64,000 nucleotides of DNA from the NCBI GenBank assembly GCA_000182565.2, contig KQ257464.1; one strand, 5' to 3'. The translations under genes and the position numbers were made by a program. A model generated the notes under the pieces. The model ran no database searches and had not been told where the DNA came from. It worked only from the letters and a program-made list of their open reading frames with translations. Source of the DNA: Spizellomyces punctatus DAOM BR117. Lineage: Eukaryota. Positions 23,148-34,101 of this stretch are shown in pieces (position 1 is the first letter of the stretch; each line of letters opens with the position of its first letter).

Positions 23148-23408
23148 TCAAATGATTTCATTCAAGTCATCACTGTAAAGAGGATTTTCATGAATAATAA
23201 CATATTCGTTCCAGTTAATACCCCCCGCATCAGCGTCTGGGATGATGGTTTCCTTACTGTATGCCAATGCCGGCTCAGGCATGCGAGGTTCCTCCAGTTC
23301 TCTTATAATTCGAGAAAGAACTGTTTCCATTTCTTGCCCTTCATTCCTTTCAGCCAACTTCTTCCTCAAACGCTCTTGTATCCGTTCCTTCCTTTGCTGA
23401 GACGACAT
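23148..23408 (-). CDS. Viral hypothetical protein (86 aa)
   Basis: ATG at 23408 after an AT-rich leader; fills the gap between neighbouring viral genes. Confidence 0.45.
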   Translation of the reverse strand: MSSQQRKERIQERLRKKLAERNEGQEMETVLSRIIRELEEPRMPEPALAYSKETIIPDADAGGINWNEYVIIHENPLYSDDLNEII

Positions 23409-23457
23409 TCTTCTTTTTTTTAATAATACTATATAGTAAAATACAGAATAGAACGAT

Positions 23458-24435
23458 ATGTCTGTTGCCGAATTAGTAAAACTACTACAGCAAGGTAACA
23501 CTGATGTAACTGCTTACAACTCTGAGCAGGTTGAACGTGATGTGTTCTGGAAAGAAAAAAGAAAATGGGTTGACTCAAAGTTACCTACAGGCTATTTCAA
23601 GCACCCGCTGTTAAACAAGTATCGTTCATTTGGTAAGGTTGATACACAATTCATCAGTGACCCATACTATATTGAAATTGATAATAGACGTTTTGGTGAA
23701 CTGAGAGATGAAAATGGACGCTCTTTGAATCCTGATACATTTCGTCCTGTTGTGTCTGATGCAGAACTCAAACAGATGCGGGAGGGTCGTACCCGGATGA
23801 ATGCTCCAAGTGCTAATCAAGAAACTAGGTATCCGATAAACCACGGTAGTGAAGGATACAAAAATGACATAGATTTGATTGCACGCATCCGACGAATGCG
23901 CGAAGGTTATGAAGAGTTTATAAAAGAGGAAAAACGTAAGGAATTGGCTGACATACAGCGTTTCCGCTCTTCACATGGTATTCACAATCCTGGGGAGAGT
24001 TTGCTAGAAACAACTGGCTTGGGCACTAGGGGTACTGATATTTCTGCCTCAAGAGATGAATACAACATGCAACGTGGCGTGATACGACCTACTCCTGCTT
24101 TGTCTGAGAACATCTTTTATGAGGAAGGAGGCACGCCACCTACACAATTAGTTCTACATAGGCAATCTGAATCACCAACCTCAGGCTTACCATCACTAGC
24201 GCCGATGGATGACTCACCATCTCCATCATCATCTGCATTTGACTTCACAACAATGCAGCCATCGCCAAGGCTTCACGAGAGGAGAAACCCGAGAGAATCA
24301 TCCTTGCAGGAAGTTTACAATCCAAGAACCGGTAATTGGATTAGAAAAAATGGTAAGGTACACAAGGAACTTAAGAAAGAGTGGGCAAGTAATTCTTATA
24401 AGATACCATCATCATGGACAAAAGAACCTCGCTAA
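23458..24435 (+). CDS. Viral hypothetical protein with C-terminal NPxTG motif
   Basis: 325-aa ORF ending VYNPRTGNWIRKNGKVHKELKK. Confidence 0.6.
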   Translation: MSVAELVKLLQQGNTDVTAYNSEQVERDVFWKEKRKWVDSKLPTGYFKHPLLNKYRSFGKVDTQFISDPYYIEIDNRRFGELRDENGRSLNPDTFRPVVSDAELKQMREGRTRMNAPSANQETRYPINHGSEGYKNDIDLIARIRRMREGYEEFIKEEKRKELADIQRFRSSHGIHNPGESLLETTGLGTRGTDISASRDEYNMQRGVIRPTPALSENIFYEEGGTPPTQLVLHRQSESPTSGLPSLAPMDDSPSPSSSAFDFTTMQPSPRLHERRNPRESSLQEVYNPRTGNWIRKNGKVHKELKKEWASNSYKIPSSWTKEPR

Positions 24436-24474
24436 GCGTATTTGGGTTTTTTTATTTTCTATTTACAAGCTAAA

Positions 24475-25275
24475 ATGCCTAAAAAAAAGGAATCTATGCC
24501 GGCGCAGAGCCAAATGCCGGCAGGCATGCCTGACATTACAGATGAAGAACAAAGTTTGAATGATGATGATGAAACTAATGACGATGATCATCAAGACTAT
24601 GTTCAAGAACTTGTAAACAAATATGCCGGGCCCGGAGCGGCCAATCCCGGCAGGGATGCCGGCGCAGAGCCTAATACCGGAGAGGTCAATGCCAGCGCTC
24701 CCAAAAAACAAACTGCATCAGAGAAGCAGCGAGCACATTTAGAAAAATCCCGAGAAAAGGCTCTTCAGGTTAGACGAGAACTCGCCGCCAAGAGAAAAGA
24801 AGAGAGAGAACTAGAAAAGAAGAGAAAAGAGGAGGAGAGGATTCTTGCTAAGGCCGAGGCTCTTAGGGTGGAACAGGAAAAACGTGTCGAGGCTAGGCTC
24901 CGCGCTGAGGAGGACTTACAAAATACTTCATATAGTCACAAGACTAAAAAAAGAATTAAAATGCCGATACCAAAAAAAAGACGGAAGATTGTAGTTGAGG
25001 AATCGTCAGACTAAGAAGAAGATGATTCTTCAGATGATTATGAGGAAGTTGTCAAAGTCATCAAGAAAAAGAGAAATCGCCCCGTTCACCACACTCGCGC
25101 AGATGTAGTCCGTTTTAAAAATGGACATGAGTATGTCGGGCACGGAGTGGCCAATCCCGGCAGGGATCCCGGCACAGAGCCATATGCCGGCAGGCATGCC
25201 GGGCACGGAGTGGCCTATCCCGGCAGGGATATCATGCATACCAAACCACCATCGATCTTTGATGACATTGTATAG
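24475..25275 (+). pseudogene. Viral coiled-coil/basic protein with one internal TAA (25012-25014)
   Basis: The frame stays open after the TAA (EEDDSSDDYEEVV...SIFDDIV*). Homologous to 76..624. Confidence 0.55.
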
Positions 25276-25333
25276 ACCAAATGTCGGCATGCAATTCATT
25301 TTCTAAGCTATGATGATATAAAGGAATAAGAAG

Positions 25334-28300
25334 ATGCCTTTGCCTAATAGCATTCAAGGCACATATACGGTTCGAAGAAATTTAGAAGTCCTAGATAATT
25401 TCAAGTCCAGAAAAGTTAAAGCCAATTCTATCTATGGAGAGAGCCTACGGAATAAAGATGGTATAGTCACTATACTCGATTTGGATAGTCAAACGCCTAG
25501 TCTCTCCATTCAGAAAAATAAAGGTAAATATACCATCTCTCTTGCCGAGACAACTTATGTTTTTCCATTAATTGATGATGAACATGATGTCAGGCTTGTA
25601 ACAGACGATACTCTGCTTATAACAGAAGACGGCTTATCTGTTAAACCAGAGACACTCCTGCAACCTCTCTATAGGGCTCCCGACTCACGAACAGTAAGCC
25701 TAAACATTGATGATGATGAACTAAAAGTTGAGGATGAAAAATTAACAGTCATTCCTTATAACTATGATTTTCCACTCTACAGGGATGCCGAATCATGTAC
25801 GGTTGGTTTACAAGCAGATGATACTTTGCTTATAACTGAAAACGGTCTATCGGTTAATTTTCCTGATCCTGAGACGCTGAAAAAGCCGTTGTATCGTGAC
25901 CAGAGCGGCCTTGGAATCAAACTTCATAAAAGTCTAAAGGTGAACAATAATGACGAATTGGAAACTAACATTCAGTCGGTACTAAAAGCATTTGGCGCTC
26001 TGAAATCGAGTTCAGGTGCGGATACGTTGTTAGACATCGGGTCTTCATGGCTCGACTTTGGATTCGATAGTTTGACCGAAATGACTGATGTGTTAGGAGA
26101 AGTAGATACCACAGCCATTCGCCTAATGGTAGATAGTTCCACATTCAGTCAAGCGGGTTCGAGATTGTCCCTGAAATCACCCGGATATGAACAAATCATG
26201 TATGGGAACCTTACTTATGGCTACTCGGGAAGTTCTTCATTCACCTATTCGTCCACGCTTCAGGAGTTGCGTGTACCCAATGTAAAGTTAAGCGGAACAT
26301 TGCCTGCGATTGGAGGTGGCTCGTATGCTGTAAGTAAAGACTATCTTTCGCAATTTTATCAAGGCTCTCAAACTGGAGCGATTGCAGTGGGACCCGAGTT
26401 TAGTGGAAGACGTGAAATCGGTGTGCTCGTTGATAACCAAACAGTTCGAGTTGTAGGTAACCAGTTAACAGGTGGCTACATTTTTCAGGACTTTAATGGA
26501 GTGGCGGTTCGTCCTGGCACTACAAACGATATTATGCTGTCTCTCAAATGTGAGGCTGGCAGTTGTCTCCAAATGGTCAAAGCAGATACCATTAAAGACG
26601 TACTGACTTGCAGCAATGGTATCGAGAGAGTACAGAATGACCTTCAACTCGATCTAAAAGTTGATGCTAACAGCGGTTTGGCTATGGTCAACAGGGGTAC
26701 CATACGGGATATCTTTACAGCCTCCCAAGGGGTCACCAGGATGGGGAACGACTTCAGACTGAGTTTAACAGCACAGTCACCCGATCTTACTCTAAACAAT
26801 GGTGTTCTGAGTTCAAACATCGCTGCGGGAATTGGACTGCAAAAAAATGGTGCGATTTTGTCAACAAACCTAAGAGGTATCAATGGAGTGCAAGTTAGCG
26901 GCGATTTGATTTCATGTTCGATTTCAGGAAGTGATACTATTCTTCGCGTAGGCAATTCCTTAAGAGGTAATTATGTGGGCAGTACCAACTCATATGGAAG
27001 TATTATTGTTGTTGGAAATACGATTCAGTATAACATGATTCCTCCTCAATTCGTAAGTAACAGTCCAAATCTCATCATTACAGGTTCGTATCCGCTTTAT
27101 AACTTTACCCTCATTGACCCTACGCCACTATCGAAACAAAGGGATACCGATAATACTGAACAGACTGATACCGCAGAAGTGTTGAAAACGGATGTTCCTG
27201 GAGGCAACGTAGTTGTCCTTAGTGGCTTAACACCGCTTACAGCAATACCTTTCCCAGCGATGGTATCGCCGCCCTTGACAGTCCCTATGGCTGTAAACTC
27301 CATCCTCCCAATCGTCTCAACGTTCCCTTGGGGAATGATTTTCGGAGGGTCACGCAAACGTAAGGTTCAACGAGATGCGGAAGGCCAACCTATACTCGAT
27401 GGCGATGGAAATAGACCCTGTTACCTTCATGCCACCATTGGAGCCAGGCTCTAACATTGCAATTGCTTCAGACCCTATTGGAGGTTGTACTCGTCTCTTG
27501 TTTGATACGCCTTCATGTTATCGAGGCATCAAATACGAATACCCTCAGCAAGCAATTAATCTCTCGATGTTAAGAGATTACGACAATGATGTTATCAAAC
27601 CTTGGGTCGGAAGCCAGATAACTAATCTAACTTCAAATAATGTTACATTTGGCGGCAATATCTCAGGGAAAGTCATTACAGGAAGCAGAGTTCAAACGAC
27701 CGCCTCTGTAGCAGGAGGCTCGTCTGTCTTTATTTCAAATAGTTTTGACGGTACAAAATCGTCTTGGCTGGGTCTGGATGGTTCTGGTTTTTTAGGGTAC
27801 GCTAGTGATGCTGCTACGTGGTTAGGAGCACAAGACAAGCCGATTTACATTTACGGACGGACATCTAGTGCAGTATCTCTGGGTCTAAGAGTGGACACAA
27901 ATGGTTCATGCCTTGTTGGTAGTGACCTAACTGTCGGAGCCTCTTCTGTAAATGGGTTACGTGCCCTTACCGTAAGCAATGCAAGTACAGGGACGAATGG
28001 ATGTAGTATTCTTTATCTTACGGCCTCAGGAGGTTCTGGAGTGATGTTTTTGAACGGAAACAATAGGAGTGTGGACGGAGGCATTAACGCAATGACGTTG
28101 AGAAATGATATTGGTAACCTTCGGCTTCAAGCACAGACCGCTAGAGGACTGACAATACTCGCGAACACTGGAATTGTTACACTGGATGCTACAAATGATG
28201 CATCCTCTACAACAACAGGTGCATTACAGGTTGCTGGTGGATTAGGAGTCCAAGGCACAGTGTACATGGGAAAATATGCTATTATATCTACTACAGCGGC

Positions 28301-31300
28301 TGCTGCCTTTCAAATAAACAATGGATCATTCGGATATACAGCAACAGCAGGTCAATGGGTAACAAATTCAGTTGCTGGAGACTACATCATTCGAGCCTCC
28401 GCTAGTAATTTGCGTATCGGTACAAATAATGCAACGGCTTCGAATTTGGATATTCTCTCATCTGGGAATGTTATTATCAATATGACAACTGATGCTACTT
28501 CCTCAACATCCGGCTCGTTCCAGGTGAAAGGCGGTGTAGGCATCGCTAAATCACTGTACGTTGGAGGGGATGTATACACAAACGGAGTGAAAGTAGCCAC
28601 GGAATCCTTTGTAACAACAGGATATCAGCCCCTGATTACACCTGCGAGTTCGCTTAACCTGAGCGGTTTAACGGTACAAAATTCAAACACCAATGCTTCA
28701 GCGATCACACTAGGGAACACTAGTGCTGCACAGACATGGAATATCCATGTGGCTGGTTCTGCAAACTCGAATCTGCTAACTGGAACACTCGGTTTCTACT
28801 CTTCCCTTCAAGATAAGGGGTATGTTTTCCAAATTGACCCATCAGGTAATACGGTCATGAGTGGCGGCCTAGGAGTATCAACTGATGCATATATTGGTGG
28901 AATGGCTTACATTGGTGGTATTGAAGTTGCAACTCAGAAATTTGTAATTGATAACACCGCTCCAATAAGTCAATCCTTGTCTTCATTGACAACCACAGTT
29001 AATAATAACAATAATACCGTTACTACTGCACTCGCATCGAAGCAAACAATGAACAGTGCTACCAACTCCATCTATAGTATGACGGTACAACCTGATAGTT
29101 GGCTATATTCTTCTGCTGGAACTACGTTCGAGAATGTTACTTCCACTCAAGTGAAAGGCATCCTCGATATAGCAACCAACGCTAATGTGAATACACTCCT
29201 TTCTGGTAAACAGAACAACATAACTACATCAACTAATTTGAGTCTTGCCTCAGTTACGGCTAGTGGTTATGTAACAGTAATTAATGGTGCCAATCCAACA
29301 TATATGTCCCTGGTCAACACTTCGTCAAATATCACTTGGGGTCTTCGAGTAGCAGGTTCAACAGCCGATGGCTCTAACCCTGCAGGTGGGTTCGGAATCA
29401 ACTGTTCATACAACAACATCGGCTATGTCTTCAAAATTTCCAACACCGGTATTACACAGATAACAAATACCTCACAATCGACTAGTTCAACTACAGGAGC
29501 ACTTCTAGTAAGCGGGGGTTTAGGTGTTGCAAAGGACTTATATGCGGGAGGAAATGTGATTAGTAGCACCTCTGTGGATGCTCCAAACTGGGTGCAATCT
29601 AGAAACGTTTCGTCTGGCGTTAATGCCTATTCAGCCGTTGGTTGTGCCAATGATAGCGGAAATGGAGCCTTACTCTTTCTCAACTCTTCTACAAGGACTG
29701 CTGATGGCTCGTCGAATAACGCTACACTTAGGAATGACTGCGGGGACATGAACATCCAAGGAAAATCAGGTCTCGGATTGGGTCTACGGATTGTATCCAT
29801 TTCAAATGAAGTGAAAGTCTTGACCGCTACAGACTCCTCATCTGTGACATCAGGAGCCTTGCAGGTATCTGGGGGTGTTGGAATTGCGAAGACTCTGTGG
29901 GTTGGTAATAAGGTAACCAGTGGAAAAGGGACTGGCTATGGTTTTGGATGGGGTAGCATCGGTGGAAATGTCAATACTGGTGACATGACATTCTTCTCCC
30001 CATCTTCGAATGGCCAAGCCTTCTTCAACGATCAGATTAACGATGTCTGCCTGTGGGCATGGAATACTAACCTGAGATTTGGTGTTACAAATAGTTCATC
30101 TCAACTAGATATTCTCTCATCTGGGAATGTCGTTATCAATACAACCACAGATGCTTCATCCTCAATCACAGGTGCATTCCAAGTAAGGGGAGGTGTTGGA
30201 ATATCTAAGAATCTCTACTGTGGAGGGAGTCTGTACTCCAATAATCTGAAAGTTGCAACCGAGAGTTATGTAGGGGCAGCCATTGCTTCAAAACAGACAT
30301 CGAGTCCGCTCCTAGATTCCATTAGTGGAGTCACACTATCTGCAAATTCTTTCATTTTAGGGAGTTCTGCAACGACATTCGCGGTGAAAACTCCTGAAGA
30401 GGTGAAGACAATATTAGGCATTACAAATGTCGATCTCTCAGTGAAGCAAAATGCATCACCCTTACTCTCTACTCTCGCTGCGATGTCACCAATGAGCAAT
30501 ATGTTTCTCATGGGAGATGATGTCCAAGGATTCACTCTCGCAAATGACATCGCTGTGCGAAGTATTTTAAACATTGTTGACTATGCCCCCAGCATATCAG
30601 CACTGCAAACATCGAAACAAGATTTACTCACACCTACCAGCAATCTGTCGGTAAATACAATTCTTGCTAATGATACATCCGAGGCAACAACCGTATCAAG
30701 TGGGGCTCTACAGGTTAAAGGAGGAATAGGGGTTTCTAAAAGTATCTTCTCAGGTGGAAACATTACTGGAAAAGTTCTTATAGCAGCCTCTACAGGTGGA
30801 TATTTCAAGTTGAGAAGCGACACTCCCTCTACGAAAGGAGACTATACTATTTCCTACAACAACTCCAGAGATGCCCTTCACGTCCACCTCGCCAGCTCGT
30901 CTGATAGCGTAGACCAACGTCGTTATGAATTCGGTCATTATTCCAGTGATACCTTTGGAACATGGAATAGCCGATTCTCGGTTAACACCTACACCGGAGA
31001 CCTCATCTCATCCGGTAATCTAACTATCGGTTTGCCACTTAACGGGCTACGGGCTATTATTCTTAAAAACCTCGACTCTGGTAGCAATAGTTGTGCCATC
31101 CAATACTTCCAGAATGCAGCAGGTTCTGCTGTTATGTTTTTGAATGGAAACAACCGGAGTGTCGATGGAGGTCAAAACGCGATGACGTTGAGAAATGATA
31201 TTGGAAATCTTCGGCTCCAAGCACAGACTGCTAAAGGACTAATGATACAGGCAAACACCGGAAATGTCACAATTGATTCTACAACACCAGCATTGAGTTC

Positions 31301-31808
31301 TTCCACAGGAGCATTGGTCATTTCAGGAGGTGTCGCGGTTGCTGCACATGTTGTTGCAGGAGGGAATCTGTATTCGAACGGTGCTGTCTATAGCAATGGT
31401 CAGGTTTGTGCTACTCAACCATGGGTTGCCAGTCAAACATTTCTAAGAAATGTTCAAGTTATCAAACTTTTGACTAAAGACGTGTGGCAATCCAACAATG
31501 CCTCGAAGGTCTTCTATGTTTCGACACCTGGCAAGGTACTTATGGAGTGGACGCTCAACCTCCATGGCACAGCAAACTCAAATGGTACATTGTCAATATT
31601 TCTTGGCCAAAGTGCTGGGTCGATGCCTCTTGTGTACTCGAGCGACTTTAACTTTAATTCGGGAGTCAATCGTACAATCACAGCAGCCTTTGTTGTTACA
31701 GGGATGTCCGATAACGTTGCTTACTTCACAAATTTTAGTATCAGTCAGGCTGCTCCCGATAACACAACTGATGTTACCCTCATTAAAATCACTGAACTCG
31801 GACAATAG
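25334..31808 (+). pseudogene. Giant fibre/spike-like protein of the inner element, frameshifted by a 17-bp deletion near 27410
   Basis: Compared with the outer copy (GATGGAAACCCTGTTTACGAACCAATAGAC), this copy reads GATGGAAATAGAC. Restoring the deleted bases joins ORFs 25334..27454 and 27375..31808. Confidence 0.85.
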
Positions 31809-31863
31809 ATTACGCGCGCTCTACCGTTATTAAAAAAAATTGAGCAAGATAAGAATGCGACGC

Positions 31864-32318
31864 NNNNNNNNNNNNNNNNNNNNNNNNNNNNNNNNNNNNN
31901 NNNNNNNNNNNNNNNNNNNNNNNNNNNNNNNNNNNNNNNNNNNNNNNNNNNNNNNNNNNNNNNNNNNNNNNNNNNNNNNNNNNNNNNNNNNNNNNNNNNN
32001 NNNNNNNNNNNNNNNNNNNNNNNNNNNNNNNNNNNNNNNNNNNNNNNNNNNNNNNNNNNNNNNNNNNNNNNNNNNNNNNNNNNNNNNNNNNNNNNNNNNN
32101 NNNNNNNNNNNNNNNNNNNNNNNNNNNNNNNNNNNNNNNNNNNNNNNNNNNNNNNNNNNNNNNNNNNNNNNNNNNNNNNNNNNNNNNNNNNNNNNNNNNN
32201 NNNNNNNNNNNNNNNNNNNNNNNNNNNNNNNNNNNNNNNNNNNNNNNNNNNNNNNNNNNNNNNNNNNNNNNNNNNNNNNNNNNNNNNNNNNNNNNNNNNN
32301 NNNNNNNNNNNNNNNNNN
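31864..32318. other. Assembly gap (455 N)
   Basis: Run of N. Confidence 1.
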
Positions 32319-32320
32319 AT

Positions 32321-32560
32321 ACAAACCATAATGGCTTCATAAATTATTCGTCTATAGCATTTTTCAGAAATCGAAAGCATCTTATCACCATAAACCTGAA
32401 AACCCTAATGCCTGTCATCAAGGATCCTACGCTAGATAAAAGGGCGATCTGCAAATGCATATTGCAGCATCAGGAAACTCTATTGGACATGGATGACCAC
32501 ATTATGAATGTGGGGAAAGAATATGCTCAGTTGAAGAATATTGCTTCTAAAGGTACTTAA
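32321..32560 (+). CDS. 3' part of a viral hypothetical ORF that starts in the gap
   Basis: Open frame from the gap edge (TNHNGFINYSSIAFF...NIASKGT*). Confidence 0.4.
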   Translation, partial: TNHNGFINYSSIAFFRNRKHLITINLKTLMPVIKDPTLDKRAICKCILQHQETLLDMDDHIMNVGKEYAQLKNIASKGT

Positions 32561-32598
32561 AACGCACGCTGAATAATCTTCCACTCATGATAATAAAA

Positions 32599-32967
32599 AT
32601 GCGCATTTCGATGCGTTGCGATACTTGTACAGGCTTTAGAGAATATCAACTCTGCATATGTCTGAAATGCGCTGTGTATTCCTGCTATGAATGTTTGGAT
32701 AAACTAAAAAACTATTCGCATGGTCGAAATCATGCTATCGTTCATCATGATTGTCAACAGTACATATCTACCGCTTTCGCCGCTCGCCGTGCCGGCATCC
32801 CTGCCGGGATTGGACGCTCCGCGCCCGGCATGCATGAAGAAAGAAAACGAAAGCCCAGGGCTACATGTAAAAAAGTAGCATCAAAAGCGGCGGAAGATGC
32901 CAGGCGCGGAGCGGCCAATCCCGGCTGGTATGCCTTGAAGGTAATGTTGAGATGGGATGAGTTCTGA
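32599..32967 (+). CDS. Cys-rich zinc-finger-like viral protein running into the right TIR
   Basis: CDTC...CICLKC...CYEC...HHDC. Confidence 0.5.
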   Translation: MRISMRCDTCTGFREYQLCICLKCAVYSCYECLDKLKNYSHGRNHAIVHHDCQQYISTAFAARRAGIPAGIGRSAPGMHEERKRKPRATCKKVASKAAEDARRGAANPGWYALKVMLRWDEF

Positions 32968-33212
32968 CGCCTGAGTTGCCTACATGAAATATGCAACCAG
33001 TTTTTCAGCAGGAAACCAACGAGGCCATTTAAACAGATGCATATTTCTATTTAGTTCTATCTTTTTCATCAATTGAACCAAATTTATACAGCTTTTTCCC
33101 AAAAATCATGGAGTGTATTTTGTGTCCCCCCTCTTTTCTCATAAAAATGCTATGTAGGGAGAACATGTAGCAAGAGCTTCCGTTCTTCGCCGTTCTGTGA
33201 CCACTTGCAGCA
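32918..33212 (-). repeat. Right terminal inverted repeat of the inner element
   Basis: Ends ...CCACTTGCAGCA, followed by TSD CACGCG. Confidence 0.95.
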
Positions 33213-33487
33213 CACGCGGAGTACCATTTCCGCGCGACAAACCTGAAAAGGGCCACGGAGACCTTTACGGCCCTCTACATAACCAGAACTGGCCCCGACG
33301 TGACCCCGGGTACCATCGTTCATACCGCAACAGATCAAATCTGGTTTTGTTGCAACGTCGGTGGCCGTGCCAGTATCATCTGGGTCGTGAACCAAGATGC
33401 AGATGAAGCGGACCCCACAGATCCGGTACCGACCTGGTAATTGACGTCCCAACACCCCCGCTCGGAGCGCCGGTGCGTTGGCTCTTC

Positions 33488-33497
33488 AAAGGGGGGA
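33488..33497 (+). promoter_or_regulatory. Polypurine tract of Gypsy-B
   Basis: AAAGGGGGGA immediately before the 3' LTR. Confidence 0.85.
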
Positions 33498-34097
33498 TGT
33501 AACGATGAGGACATCTTCGAGAGATCGCGAGTAAGCCCAAATCGGACGCGGGAAGCACGAATCGCGTGACCAACTCCACCAATTGAGTTACCGCGACCGA
33601 AAAAACCGGTTCGGAGAATGGCAATTGGCGCATTAGATTTCAGCGTGCCTCGTACAACCTGTGGAGGCCCGAGCCAGTGCGGAAAAGGAAGAGATCGGTA
33701 CTGCCACCAATAAATCAGTTGCGGTGCAGCAACACCCATTAGTTTAGTTTAGTTTAACAGTTTATCCAAGAATCTTGTATAAAAAGGATGTATTCAATAA
33801 AATAAGTCGGGGGCAGAAGCCGTAGCGACACAAAATCCCCATAACTCGCTTCTCAACTCCAATCTTAGGTTAACAGGAACCTAACAGAGCGCTTCAACGG
33901 CCTGATCACCTGTACCGAAGCCTCTAAATCCTGCTCGGTTCACAACTAACCGACTCTCCTTGCCTCTCGCCCCCAAGTCGCTACCGACGCCCAAAGAAAG
34001 GATTCGGAGACTATGATTCCTAGTACGGCCACCCACATAACCTGCTAGGAGACCCAAGTCGTCTTTACCGTAGTCTACCAACAAAAAATCCGCTACA
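33498..34097 (+). repeat. 3' LTR of Gypsy-B
   Basis: 600-bp direct repeat of 10016-10615. Confidence 0.95.
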
Positions 34098-34101
34098 TCC
34101 T

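Larger units (their letters stand above)
18028..33212. mobile_element. Inner endogenous Polinton-like virus, complete with both ends (~15.2 kb)
   Basis: 295-bp TIRs with TG...CA ends and 6-bp TSD CACGCG (18022-18027 and 33213-33218). Contains integrase, MCP, ATPase, minor capsid and fibre genes. Confidence 0.93.
10016..34097 (+). mobile_element. Ty3/Gypsy chromovirus LTR retrotransposon (Gypsy-B), ~8.9 kb once the inner insertion is removed
   Basis: Two 600-bp TG...CA LTRs, TSD TCCT (10012-10015 and 34098-34101), PBS, PPT, and PR-RT-RH-IN-chromodomain order. Confidence 0.95.

Noticed and set aside
27375-27454. Programmed frameshift in the fibre gene
   Set aside because: The outer paralog is continuous here and shows a simple 17-bp deletion in the inner copy.
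4717-31808. Bacterial prophage or contamination, suggested by the tail-fibre-like repeats
   Set aside because: Nested with eukaryotic LTR elements, contiguous with spliced fungal genes, and the ATPase, capsid and integrase are Polinton-type.
25334-31808. Diversity-generating retroelement acting on the fibre (RT nearby, two similar copies)
   Set aside because: The RT is a standard Gypsy enzyme, and differences between copies look like CpG transitions, synonymous changes and module swaps, not adenine-specific changes.
31745-32380. ORFs spanning the N-run
   Set aside because: Artefacts of the assembly gap.
10016-34097. A single 24-kb retrotransposon carrying viral genes as cargo
   Set aside because: The inner block has its own TIRs and TSD, breaks the Gypsy ORF, and its TIRs appear less diverged than the LTRs, so it most simply inserted later.
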